A stretch of DNA of 62,732 nt, the filler included, from Coriobacteriales bacterium (lineage in GTDB: Bacteria; Actinomycetota; Coriobacteriia; Coriobacteriales; UBA8131), in assembly GCA_031263105.1 (NCBI GenBank). It is 5 parts of 5 records of this genome, joined end to end, with 100 filler letters (N's around TTAATTAATTAA, not from the genome) between each part and the next. Parts side by side here need not be neighbours in the genome. Positions count along the whole stretch, not along the records: positions 1 to 16,329 come from JAISGJ010000119.1; positions 16,430 to 26,534 come from JAISGJ010000148.1; 3 more parts are not named here. One strand, written 5' to 3'. Numbering within the stretch: the stretch's first letter is position 1; every line of letters starts with the position of its first letter. Below are positions 9,014-18,077 of the stretch, piece after piece. A program made the translations under genes and the position numbers. The notes under the pieces are model-generated. The model was not told the DNA's origin. It did not search any database and saw only the letters and a list, made by a program, of their open reading frames with translations.

Positions 9014-10294
9014 ATGTTCTGCCAGCAGACCGTCCTCGACAACGGCGTAACGGTCATAACCGAGCATATGGAGGGCGTGCGCTCGGTCTCTGTCGGGATA
9101 TGGTTCAAGGTCGGCTCGCGTGACGAGACGGAGGCCGAGCAGGGCATCTCGCACTTCATGGAGCACATGATGTTCAAGGGCACGAAGCGGCGCGACGCCT
9201 TCGCCATCTCCGAGGACTTCGAGTCGATAGGCGCGGAGCAGAACGCGTTCACCTCCAAGGAGTACACCTGCTACTACTCGCGCTTCGTCGACGAGCGGCT
9301 CCCGCAGATCATGGACATACTCGGCGACATGGTGACCTCCTCCGTCTTCGCCCAGACCTCCATCGACCCTGAGCGCGAGGTCGTCATCGAGGAGATAGCC
9401 CGCAGCGAGGACACGCCCGACGACTACATCTACGAGCTGTTCACGAAGGCGGGCTATCCCACGCACCCGCTCGGCCGTCCCATCATCGGCACCCGCGAGG
9501 TCGTCGGCTCCTTCATGCACGAGGACTGCCTGGCTTGGGCGGGCAGGCACTACCACGCCTCCAACTGCATGGCCGTCGCCGCCGGCAACGTGGACCACGA
9601 CGCGTTCGTCGCCCTGTGCAGGCAGCACCTCGGCGCCCTCCCCGCAGGAAGGCGCAACACGCGCGACGCGGTGGAGGGGCAGGACAGGCAGCCCCTCGCC
9701 CTCATGGAGAAGGAGACCGAGCAGGCGCACATCGTCTACGGCATGCCCGGCATACCCCTGGGCGACGACGACCGCTTCGCCGGGGCGCTGCTCGACGCCG
9801 CCCTGGGCGGCGGCATGTCCTCGCGCCTCTTCCAAGAGGTGCGGGAGAAGCGCGGGCTCGCCTATGCCGTCTATGCCTCGACGATGCCCTATCTCAACGC
9901 GGGCCAGTTCATCGTCTATGCCGGCACGCGCCCCTCCAAGATCGAGGAGGTCTGCGGCATCGTGCACCGCGAGATCGGCAAGGCCGCCGCAGGCGGCCTC
10001 ACGCCGGAGGAGCTGGAGCGGGTGCGCGAGTACACGATAGGGCATATCGTGCTCTCCATGGAGTCCACCTCGCAGCGCATGCTCCGCCTGGGGAAGAGCA
10101 CCGTCAGCGAGACCGAGCTGCTCTCCCTCGACGAGCTCATCGAGCGTTACCGCAGGGTCTCCCTTGCCGACATCGAGCGCGTCGCAGAGCGCGTGCTCGT
10201 CGCGCCCCCCACGATAGCGGTCATCTCCCCCCGCCCCTGCGAGGCGCTCGGCGAGGCGCTTGCGCCCTTCCTCGCAGTGCCTGCGGGCAGATAG
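9014..10294 (+). CDS. M16 (pitrilysin) family zinc peptidase
   Basis: HFMEH (HxxEH), NAFTSKEYT, GGGMSSRLFQEVREKRGLAY. Confidence 0.95.
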   Translation: MFCQQTVLDNGVTVITEHMEGVRSVSVGIWFKVGSRDETEAEQGISHFMEHMMFKGTKRRDAFAISEDFESIGAEQNAFTSKEYTCYYSRFVDERLPQIMDILGDMVTSSVFAQTSIDPEREVVIEEIARSEDTPDDYIYELFTKAGYPTHPLGRPIIGTREVVGSFMHEDCLAWAGRHYHASNCMAVAAGNVDHDAFVALCRQHLGALPAGRRNTRDAVEGQDRQPLALMEKETEQAHIVYGMPGIPLGDDDRFAGALLDAALGGGMSSRLFQEVREKRGLAYAVYASTMPYLNAGQFIVYAGTRPSKIEEVCGIVHREIGKAAAGGLTPEELERVREYTIGHIVLSMESTSQRMLRLGKSTVSETELLSLDELIERYRRVSLADIERVAERVLVAPPTIAVISPRPCEALGEALAPFLAVPAGR

Positions 10295-10304
10295 GGGCGC
10301 GTTC

Positions 10305-11105
10305 GTGATACGGGTCGTGCTGAGCGGCTTCAACGGCCGCATGGGCACCCTGATAGCAAAGACGGTCGCAGCCGCAGACGACATGGAGCTGGTCGGCGGC
10401 GCAGACCCGCTTGCGGCCACGGACGCGGTCGAAGTGGACGGCGTCGCGGTCGCCCCCGCCTTCACGGACCTCGCGCACGCGCTGGAGGAGACGCGCCCCG
10501 ACGTCCTCGTGGACTTCACCACGCCGTCCGCCGTCGAGGGGAACCTGCGGTGCGCCCTCGCCCTCGGCATCGACTGCGTCGTAGGGACGACGGGGCTTGC
10601 GCCGGAGCGGCTCGAGGAGCTCGCCGCGTCCGCGCCTGCACAGACGACGCTCTTCCATGCCCCCAACTTCACGCTCGGCGCGGTGCTGATGATGCTGTTC
10701 GCCGAGAAGGCGGCGCGCTACCTCCCGGACGCAGAGGTCATCGAGTTCCATCACAACGGCAAGAAGGACGCGCCCAGCGGGACGGCCGTCGCCACCGCAC
10801 TGCGGATAGCCGCTGCGCGCGACGAGGCACAGGTGCAAAGCGGCGCCCCCGGCAAGGAGACCGAGTCGCCCGGGCGGGAGGGCGCACGCGGCGCGAACGT
10901 CGCGGGCGTGCCCGTCCACTCGGTGCGCTCCGACGGCTTCTTCGCCCATCAGGAGGTCGTCCTCGGGTCTGCGGGGGAGACCCTGACCCTGCGCCACGAC
11001 TCCTTCGACCGGGCGGCCTACATGCCCGGCATCCTTCTCGCCATCCGCGAGGCGGGGAGAAGGAGCGGCCTGGTCATAGGACTGGAGAGCCTCCTTGACC
11101 TGTGA
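10305..11105 (+). CDS. dapB: 4-hydroxy-tetrahydrodipicolinate reductase
   Basis: GFNGRMG, DFT, GTTG, EFHHNGKKDAPSGTA. Confidence 0.97.
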   Translation: MIRVVLSGFNGRMGTLIAKTVAAADDMELVGGADPLAATDAVEVDGVAVAPAFTDLAHALEETRPDVLVDFTTPSAVEGNLRCALALGIDCVVGTTGLAPERLEELAASAPAQTTLFHAPNFTLGAVLMMLFAEKAARYLPDAEVIEFHHNGKKDAPSGTAVATALRIAAARDEAQVQSGAPGKETESPGREGARGANVAGVPVHSVRSDGFFAHQEVVLGSAGETLTLRHDSFDRAAYMPGILLAIREAGRRSGLVIGLESLLDL

Positions 11106-11159
11106 AAGGGCACACGGGATGCCCCCGGCGCATCCGTCGCCCCGTTCGTTGGTCGGCCC

Positions 11160-12467
11160 ATGACGGCCGGCGCGCGCCCTCCCGTACTCGTCATGAAGTT
11201 CGGCGGCACCTCGGTGGGCGGCCCGGAGGGAAGGGCACATCTCGTCGAGCATGTGAGGGCCGAGCGTGACGGGGGCCTCCTGCCCGTCGTCGTCGTCTCG
11301 GCAATGGGGCGCCTCGGCGACCCCTATGCGACGGACACGCTGCTTGCCCTCGTGGAGGAGGGCTGTTGCAGCGCCCACGAGCGCGACCTGCTCATGGGGG
11401 TCGGCGAGGTCGTCTCGGCGGTCGTCGTCGCGTCCCTGCTCAACAAGGGGCAGATCCGTGCCCGTGCCCTCACGGGTGCCGAGGCGGGCATCCTCACCGA
11501 TGCCGTCAGCGGCGCGGCGACCCCTGAGCGGGTAGACGCAGCCCCCCTCATGGCCCTGCTCGACGAGGGCGTCGTGCCCGTGGTCGCGGGCTTCCAGGGC
11601 ATCGACGGGGAAGGGTGCCTCCATACCCTGGGACGCGGCGGCTCGGACACGAGCGCCTGCGCCCTCGGGGCCGCCCTCGGTGCCCGGCGCGTCGACATCT
11701 ACACCGACGTCGACGGCGTGTTCACCGCAGACCCCCGCGTCATCGAGGGGGCGAGGCTGCTTGAGGCCGTCACGGCCGACGAGCTGTTCCAGATGGCACG
11801 GCACGGCTCCAAGGTCGTCCACACGCCCGCTGCGGAACTTGCCCTGCGAAGCGGCGTCGACATGCGGGTCCGCAGCACCTTCGGTGCCCATGAGGGCACC
11901 TGTGTGGTGCCGCTCGACCGCTTCCGTCCTGCCTCGGTCGCGACAGCCGTCACCACGGCGACAGGCGTCACGCGGCTGCGTGCCCGCCTCCCCTACGTGA
12001 AGGACGACCCTGCGGCGCACATGGAGGTCCAGACGCGGGCGTACCGGCTCATGGCGGACGCATCCATCTCCATCGACATGTTCACGCCGATGAACGACCG
12101 CCTCGTCTTCTCCGTCCCCACGGCCCTCGCCGACGAGGCCCGCCGCCTGCTCGCCTCTGAGGGATTCGAGGTCGCACTGCGCACAGGCCTCGGCAAGGTC
12201 ACCCTTGTCGGCTCCGGCATGCACGGCGTCCCCGGCGTCATGGCGCACGTGGCGGAGTGCCTTGCCGAGGCGGGCATCGACATACTGCAGGTCGCCGACT
12301 CCCATGCGACGATCTCGGTGCTCCTCGACGAGGACGACCTCGTCCCCGCCGCCCAGGCGCTCCACCGGGCGTTTGGTCTGGAGAAGGCGCCGCAGGAGCG
12401 CGGGAACTGTTACATTGGGGAGGAGACGACGGGGCAAACCGGCCGGAAGGCGGTATGCGATGATTGA
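11160..12467 (+). CDS. dapG: Aspartate kinase (DapG/aspartokinase I-like)
   Basis: KFGGTSV, VSAMGRLGDPYATDTLL, TLGRGGSD, DVDGVFTADPR, C-terminal ACT. Confidence 0.9.
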   Translation: MTAGARPPVLVMKFGGTSVGGPEGRAHLVEHVRAERDGGLLPVVVVSAMGRLGDPYATDTLLALVEEGCCSAHERDLLMGVGEVVSAVVVASLLNKGQIRARALTGAEAGILTDAVSGAATPERVDAAPLMALLDEGVVPVVAGFQGIDGEGCLHTLGRGGSDTSACALGAALGARRVDIYTDVDGVFTADPRVIEGARLLEAVTADELFQMARHGSKVVHTPAAELALRSGVDMRVRSTFGAHEGTCVVPLDRFRPASVATAVTTATGVTRLRARLPYVKDDPAAHMEVQTRAYRLMADASISIDMFTPMNDRLVFSVPTALADEARRLLASEGFEVALRTGLGKVTLVGSGMHGVPGVMAHVAECLAEAGIDILQVADSHATISVLLDEDDLVPAAQALHRAFGLEKAPQERGNCYIGEETTGQTGRKAVCDD

Positions 12468-12557
12468 CCGTCGTCTCCGAAAGAGCGCCCCCGAGGATGC
12501 CGCTGTCCCCGAGGAGGGCAGGGCGACGGCCCCGGGCCGACGCACGACGTAGAGGAG

Positions 12558-13460
12558 ATGCCCATGGCAACGACGAGAGCCTTCGGCCGCTTCATACCGG
12601 CCATGATAACGCCCTTCGACGAGCACGGCGAGCTCGACCTCGACAGGGCACAGGAGCTTGCCGTCAGCCTTGTCGAGAGGGGCTCCGATGCCCTCATCGT
12701 CAACGGGACGACCGGCGAGTCGCCGACCGTCTTCTATCCCCAGAAGATCGAGCTGTTCAAGGCCGTGCTGGGCGCGGTCGGCGCCCAGGTGCCCGTCATC
12801 GCGAACGTCGGCGACAACTGCACGGCGGATTCCGAGGCCTTTGCACGCGAGGTGGCCGGCCTCGGCATCGACGGCATCATGGCCGTGGTGCCCTACTACA
12901 ACAAGCCGCCCCAGGAGGGCCTGTACCGGCATTTCAGGTCGATCGCGCAGGCGGCCCAGGTGCCGACGATCCTCTATAACATCCCCGGGCGCTGCGTGAT
13001 AAACATGGAGGCGGCCACGACGCTGCGCCTTGCCCATGACGTGGACAACATCGTCGCCATCAAGGAGGCGAGCGGCGACCTCGGGCAGATACGGCGCATC
13101 ATCGACGGCGCCCCCGAAGGCTTCGTGGTCTACTCGGGCGACGACGAGGCCACGCTGCCCATCATGGAGGTCGGCGGCCACGGCGTCATCACCACGACAG
13201 GCAACGTCGCGCCCGAGCGCATGAAGGAGATCGTCGCCGCCATGGCAGAAGGCGACCACGCCCGCGCCCAGGCGGCCCACGACAGGCTCCGGCCGCTGAT
13301 GAGGGAGCTGTTCGTCACCGCAAATCCCATCATGGTGAAGGCCGCCCTGCAGCTCCTCGGCTTCGATTGCGGCGGCGTGCGCCTGCCCCTCATCGACGCG
13401 ACCGAGGAACAGCGCGCCCGTCTCGCCGAGGTCATGCGCTTCGTCGGCGTGCTGGAGTAA
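12558..13460 (+). CDS. dapA: 4-hydroxy-tetrahydrodipicolinate synthase
   Basis: GTTGES, PYYNKP, YNIPGR, AIKEA, SGDD. Confidence 0.97.
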   Translation: MPMATTRAFGRFIPAMITPFDEHGELDLDRAQELAVSLVERGSDALIVNGTTGESPTVFYPQKIELFKAVLGAVGAQVPVIANVGDNCTADSEAFAREVAGLGIDGIMAVVPYYNKPPQEGLYRHFRSIAQAAQVPTILYNIPGRCVINMEAATTLRLAHDVDNIVAIKEASGDLGQIRRIIDGAPEGFVVYSGDDEATLPIMEVGGHGVITTTGNVAPERMKEIVAAMAEGDHARAQAAHDRLRPLMRELFVTANPIMVKAALQLLGFDCGGVRLPLIDATEEQRARLAEVMRFVGVLE

Positions 13461-13522
13461 GGAGCCGGGCCGAGCGCCGGCCGCTTTTCGCGCAGCAGGC
13501 GGCCCATCGACGCCGACGGGCC

Positions 13523-14173
13523 TCATTTCGCATAGTATGTGCGCTCGAACTCCACCCATGACTTCGAGAACGTATGGTCCTGGAAGGCCTCCTTGAGCCC
13601 GCTGACCTGCTTCAGGCGGATGACCTCGTCCAGATCCATGCCCAGGCTCTCCTCTATCCTCTCGTCCGACCAGCCCATCTTCGCCAAGCTGACGACGATG
13701 TCGCTCATGGAGCGGATCTGATGGGTCCCTCTGGCGCGGTTGTGGCGGATGGTGGAGCCCATGCGCTCGTCCAGGGGCTTGTCGATGACGGACAGGGGCA
13801 GGTAGCCATGGTGCCGCTGCGCGATGTCCGGGTACCGGCCCACCTTGTTGCGGTGGAAGCCGTCGGTGATCTCGTAGCGGTCGGAATCGATGCGGTAGGA
13901 CACGATCGGCTGCGTGAAGTCGTCCAACCGGATGGAGGTGTGGAGCAGCTCCATCTCGTCCGGTGCGACGAGATTGGGGTTGTACTCGTTGGCCTGCACG
14001 TTCTCGGCAGGCACCCAGAGGACGTGGTCGACCGGGTCGTCAAACGGGGAGACCTTGCTCAGCTCTCCTCGGATCCTGTTCAACGCCAGGACCTTCTCTT
14101 CCAGTCCCATCGGTTCGAGGAGCTGCCTGATCCGTTCCGTCAGGTCGTCGAGTTCCGAGTTGTCGTGAGGCAT
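13523..14173 (-). CDS. IbrB/YbdM-like ParB/sulfiredoxin-domain protein
   Basis: ANEYNPN, FTQPIV, DGFHR, STIRHNRARG, LGMDLDEVIRLKQ, FSKSW. Confidence 0.9.
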   Translation of the reverse strand: MPHDNSELDDLTERIRQLLEPMGLEEKVLALNRIRGELSKVSPFDDPVDHVLWVPAENVQANEYNPNLVAPDEMELLHTSIRLDDFTQPIVSYRIDSDRYEITDGFHRNKVGRYPDIAQRHHGYLPLSVIDKPLDERMGSTIRHNRARGTHQIRSMSDIVVSLAKMGWSDERIEESLGMDLDEVIRLKQVSGLKEAFQDHTFSKSWVEFERTYYAK

Positions 14174-14618
14174 AGGCGCCTTTCCCCTTCTCATCTGCCG
14201 CTTCCTGACCGTCCCTGCGCAGGAACCAGTAGTTCTTGGTTTCCCGGTAGACCTCGAAGCCCCTGCGCACATAGTAGTCCCTGATGAACCCGATGCTGGT
14301 CGAGGTCCTTATCGGTAGCTTCATGTCCCGGCAATAGAGGAAGCGGGCCTCCGTCAGTGCCCGGAACAGGCCCTTCCTGCGATAGCGGGACTCCACGTAT
14401 TCCGTCGTGAACTCCACGTATCCGGCCTTGACGTCGAGAGAGGAGAAGGCGATGACCTCGCCGTCCCTCTCGACGGTGAACCAGACCTTCTCCGGCTTGT
14501 TGCGCAGGTACGGCATCTGCCGGCTGTACGGTTCCTCCGCAAAGAACCGGCCCATCTTCGCGTAGAAGGCGCCCCTGTCGTAACTGCCGTCGTAGCGGCG
14601 CATATGGAGGTCACTCAT
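14040..14618 (-). CDS. GNAT-family acetyltransferase
   Basis: YVESRYRRKGLFRAL (motif A) and YYVRRGF; overlaps the ibrA stop; C-terminal tail overlaps ibrB by 134 nt. Confidence 0.75.
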   Translation of the reverse strand: MSDLHMRRYDGSYDRGAFYAKMGRFFAEEPYSRQMPYLRNKPEKVWFTVERDGEVIAFSSLDVKAGYVEFTTEYVESRYRRKGLFRALTEARFLYCRDMKLPIRTSTSIGFIRDYYVRRGFEVYRETKNYWFLRRDGQEAADEKGKGAYASRQLGTRRPDGTDQAAPRTDGTGREGPGVEQDPRRAEQGLPV

Positions 14619-15936
14619 CTCCGTCCTCCTGTATCGCCTTGCGGAGCTGCGCGTCCTCTGCGTCCTCCAGGCAGACCAGGTTCCGGTACTTCCTCCTCAG
14701 CTTCGCCAAAAGCGCCTTGTCGGTCTTGGTCTGCCCGAAGCTCAGCCGCTTCAGCCAGAAGTCGTTCTTCTCGATGGCCCGGGCGACCCTCCTCCAGCTG
14801 GGGGCCTTCTTCTGGCTTTCCAGCTTGGGATCCGCCTCGTCCGGGACGTCCTCGATCCCTATCCCGTAGTTGCGATGCCACCAATGGAAGAAGGTCTGGA
14901 GCTTCCGATGGTAGTGGTCGCGCAGCTCGGGCGCGTACAGGCCCAGGCTCTCCAGCAAAAACACGCTGTACTGCTGCCAGCTCATGCCTGCGGGCTTCTC
15001 CGACCTCAGGTTGCCGAGAAGGGACGTCCTGGCGTAGATGTTGCCGAAGTTCACGCCGTGCACCCTGCCTACGACCTTCTCCCAGGTCTCCGGCTCCAAC
15101 GCCCGGAACTGGTCGAGGCCGTTGCGCTGGTCGTCGCCATAGGGCTGGCACAGGCGCTGCTGATGGATGCCCAGGCCGTTCTTGTACATCAGCTCGTAGA
15201 TCTCGTTGAACTCAAGGTCGAGCCGGCTCACGGCCCCCCAGATGTCCTCGGCCTTCCAGTCGTACAAGGGATAGAAATGATAGACGAGGCAGCGCGGGTC
15301 AGGGACCTGGAGCCTTGTCGTCCAGCCGTGGCCCCGGAAGGTCTGCTTGGTCGTGCTGACGATCGTGCCGAACCGGTTCAGGCTCTCGTCGCTTCGGATG
15401 GCGATGCCGACCGCTGCCGGCACGTCGGCCTGTCGCTGGAACCACTGGCTGAACTCATATGTGAACTCCTCGAACTCCATTCCCTTGTAAAACCAGGTCC
15501 AGTCCTCTGGGCAGTTGTCCTCGTTGACCACGCAGTCGTGGGCCGGCATGTCCCGCACCCAGGCATCCCTTGCATCGCTGTCCCAGCATATCCATGCAGG
15601 CTGGATGACGGACACGGCGTTGCGCAGGGAGAGGGGCATGCAGCACCAGTAGAACCGGTCCACCACGTCGGCGGTGAGCTGCCGCAGCCTTTCGACGTGG
15701 GCGATGGTCGCCTGGTACTGGCTCTCCATGTCGATGAGCAACACGCTGAACGTCCTGCCCTGCTCCCGCGCGACCTCCGCACAGAGCTGGAGCATGACGG
15801 ACGAGTCCTTCCCGCCCGACACGCACAGGTACAGGCGGGAAAAGCAGGAGAGGATCAAGGACATCCGCTCCCTCGCAGCGGTCAGGACGTCCTTTTCCGT
15901 ATAGACCTTGGGGATATGAGACACCTCCCTTGCCAT
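14611..15936 (-). CDS. IbrA/YbdN-like PAPS-reductase-domain + DUF3440 protein
   Basis: SGGKDS PP-loop, IRSDESLNR, YPLYDW, QRLCQPYGDDQR, PSWRR, KNDFW; start uncertain (15915-16014). Confidence 0.9.
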   Translation of the reverse strand: MAREVSHIPKVYTEKDVLTAARERMSLILSCFSRLYLCVSGGKDSSVMLQLCAEVAREQGRTFSVLLIDMESQYQATIAHVERLRQLTADVVDRFYWCCMPLSLRNAVSVIQPAWICWDSDARDAWVRDMPAHDCVVNEDNCPEDWTWFYKGMEFEEFTYEFSQWFQRQADVPAAVGIAIRSDESLNRFGTIVSTTKQTFRGHGWTTRLQVPDPRCLVYHFYPLYDWKAEDIWGAVSRLDLEFNEIYELMYKNGLGIHQQRLCQPYGDDQRNGLDQFRALEPETWEKVVGRVHGVNFGNIYARTSLLGNLRSEKPAGMSWQQYSVFLLESLGLYAPELRDHYHRKLQTFFHWWHRNYGIGIEDVPDEADPKLESQKKAPSWRRVARAIEKNDFWLKRLSFGQTKTDKALLAKLRRKYRNLVCLEDAEDAQLRKAIQEDGDE

Positions 15937-16123
15937 GCTGTGCTTCGCTGTGTCTGCCACCACGCTCATCTCCGTGACGGCTCTGTAAAAAGCACGTGCG
16001 GAGTGACCCTTCATGAAGTATTGTACGTTTTTTCTGTCTGTCCTACCATATGAGAACCAAAATGCCTTCCTCGTCCTGCTCGCAAAGGAATCTTAGCTTT
16101 GTCTATTAAGCCGTCCTGCCTGC

Positions 16124-16329
16124 GAGGCCACAGCTCGCGCCCCACTGTCATCCCGAGCCCCCACTGTCATCCCGAGCGAAGCCGAGGGATCCTCGGCCGC
16201 GCCAGCGGTCGACCGCAGGTCGAAGGGCCCCCGACCTGCCGTTGGACACAGCGTGTCCAAAGATTCCTCGGCGGAGCTCGGAATGACAGTGGGGGCTCGG
16301 GATGACAGTGGGGCGCGAGCTGTGGCCTC
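16124..16329. repeat. REP-like element with tandem-duplicated 19-bp arms, at a contig end
   Basis: CCCCACTGTCATCCCGAGC x2 ... GCTCGG(A/G)ATGACAGTGGGG x2; core inverted relative to 8247. Confidence 0.9.
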
Positions 16330-16429
16330 NNNNNNNNNNNNNNNNNNNNNNNNNNNNNNNNNNNNNNNNNNNNTTAATTAATTAANNNNNNNNNNNNNNN
16401 NNNNNNNNNNNNNNNNNNNNNNNNNNNNN
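16330..16429. other. Artificial contig linker
   Basis: 100 nt of N with central TTAATTAATTAA (stops in six frames). Confidence 0.98.
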
Positions 16430-16493
16430 GGTCGGGGTGGCAGTGGGGGGTCGGGGTGGCAGTGGGGGGGGGGGGGGGGGGGTGGACGGTAAC
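16430..16493. repeat. Degenerate right end of the REP-like element
   Basis: GGGGTGGCAGTGGGGG units ending in GGTAAC; poly-G noise. Confidence 0.6.
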
Positions 16494-16509
16494 CGCCGAA
16501 GTTTTCAGC

Positions 16510-17049
16510 TTAACGAAGCCGAGGGTTCTGCGCGTCCTTCTCGGAGAGCTGGGGGGGCGTGCCGGGGGGCAGGGGCCAGGCGATGGCGATGGCGGGGTCG
16601 TTCCAGAGGAGGCCGCCCTCGTCCTCGGGGTGGTAGAACTCGTCGCATTTGTAGGCGAACTCCGCCGTCTCGCTGAGGACGAGGAAGCCGTGGGCGAGGC
16701 CCCGGGGGATGAAGAACTGCCGCTTGTTCTCCGCGCTGAGGCGCACCCCTGCCCATTTGCCGAACGTGGGGCTGCCGGGACGGATGTCCACCGCCACGTC
16801 GAACACCTCGCCGCTGATAACACGCACGAGCTTGGCCTGCGGGAACCGCTTCTGGAAGTGCAGCCCACGCAGCACCCCCTTGGTGGAGCTGGACTGGTTG
16901 TCCTGCACGAAGCGCGCCGTGATGCCCGCCTCGTGGAAGTCGCCCTCGTGGTAGGTCTCCATAAAATAGCCCCTCTCGTCACCGAAGACGGCGGGCTCGA
17001 CAACAAAGACGCCCTCGATGTCCGTTGCCGTGAACGTGAACTTGCCCAT
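16510..17049 (-). CDS. rmlC: dTDP-4-dehydrorhamnose 3,5-epimerase
   Basis: DERGYF, QDNQS, VLRGLHFQ, DVAVDIRPGSPTFG, AHGF. Confidence 0.97.
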   Translation of the reverse strand: MGKFTFTATDIEGVFVVEPAVFGDERGYFMETYHEGDFHEAGITARFVQDNQSSSTKGVLRGLHFQKRFPQAKLVRVISGEVFDVAVDIRPGSPTFGKWAGVRLSAENKRQFFIPRGLAHGFLVLSETAEFAYKCDEFYHPEDEGGLLWNDPAIAIAWPLPPGTPPQLSEKDAQNPRLR

Positions 17050-17131
17050 GGGTCTCTCCTTCTTAAGGCTCTTCCCCGCGTTTATCTGAGTGATAAATCA
17101 TACCAAATAAGACACAGCGTGACAGTTCCCA

Positions 17132-17205
17132 CCCCATTGTCATTCGAGCCTGCCGAGGATTCCTCGGTTCCGGGGCTTCGCCCCTGCACTCGGAATGACA
17201 GTGGG
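17132..17205. repeat. Short REP-like element copy
   Basis: CCCCATTGTCATTCGAGC...CTCGGAATGACAGTGGG. Confidence 0.75.
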
Positions 17206-17228
17206 TACCATGAGGTAGAAGCCGCTAA

Positions 17229-17945
17229 TCAGGAGGCGGAGAAGCTGCGCCTCCTGAGTTCGCGCACGAGGCGGATGCGCCAGGCGAGCATCTGGGCGAG
17301 GCCTGCGTGGGTGGTGGCGGTGGCATTGGCCGTGTGGCGGCGGTAGGCGATGAGCGGCTCGTCGAGGAAGAAGACGCCGCCGTTCTTCTCCCCCACTAGG
17401 CCGAGCCACTGGTCGTGCATGGGGATCCGCTCGGGAAAGGGCAGCGCGACCTGCGTGAGCTCGCGTCGAAAGGCCATGCAGCACCCGATGTAGGAGTTCT
17501 TGAGGATGTTGCGCCAGTATCCCGGCCTGCTGCCCCGCTGCGCGAAGAACGAGGGGGCGACGACCTCAAGGTCCTGATCGACGACCTGGGCATCGTGGAG
17601 GACGAGTGCGGCACCGCTCGCGGCGAAGGCGTCGCGCACCGCTGCCACCTTGTGGGGGCACCAGACGTCGTCCTGGTCGCTGAGGAAGACATACGCGCCC
17701 TCGCTTGCCGCTATGGCTTGCTCGAAGTTCCTGGGCACGCCCTGGCCGGGGCCTTGGAGCACCACGATGCGGGAGTCGGCGGCGGCGAGACCGCACGCAA
17801 GGTCGCAGGTCCCGTCCGTCGAGGGATCGACCGAGAGTATCAGCTGGTCGCCTTCGTGCAGCTGCGGCAGGATGGATTCCACCTGTTCGCGCAGATAAAG
17901 GCTCCCGTTACAGGCAGCGAGGACGACGGAGACCTCACCGGTCAC
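17229..17945 (-). CDS. GT2 glycosyltransferase (putative rhamnosyltransferase)
   Basis: SVVLAACNG, NFE, FLSDQDDVW, GCCMAF, MHDQW, YRRH; GTG start inferred. Confidence 0.88.
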   Translation of the reverse strand: MTGEVSVVLAACNGSLYLREQVESILPQLHEGDQLILSVDPSTDGTCDLACGLAAADSRIVVLQGPGQGVPRNFEQAIAASEGAYVFLSDQDDVWCPHKVAAVRDAFAASGAALVLHDAQVVDQDLEVVAPSFFAQRGSRPGYWRNILKNSYIGCCMAFRRELTQVALPFPERIPMHDQWLGLVGEKNGGVFFLDEPLIAYRRHTANATATTHAGLAQMLAWRIRLVRELRRRSFSAS

Positions 17946-17994
17946 AAGGCCGCCCCCGCCACGGATGCCGCTCCAAGGACACAGGGGGACAAGG

Positions 17995-18074
17995 ACACAG
18001 GGGGCCGGTTCTTTTGTGCCGCCGTATCGGCCTCGACCCTCTTTCGGTAGCACAAAAGAACCGTCCCCCTGTGT
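17995..18074. repeat. Second REP-like inverted repeat type (25-bp arms)
   Basis: ACACAGGGGGCCGGTTCTTTTGTGC ... GCACAAAAGAACCGTCCCCCTGTGT. Confidence 0.75.
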
Positions 18075-18077
18075 GTC

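Noticed and set aside
10221..13559. Long antisense or alternate-frame ORFs (e.g. 1112 aa here, 28655-31231, 31943-34183, 39002-41296, 60118-62676)
   Set aside because: These are shadow ORFs of high-GC genes with no recognisable motifs
16124..16329. Extended perfect outer palindrome as a special element end
   Set aside because: It ends exactly at the contig edge, so fold-back assembly cannot be excluded
16374..16385. TTAATTAATTAA motif repeated four times
   Set aside because: It is an artificial six-frame-stop linker inside N runs
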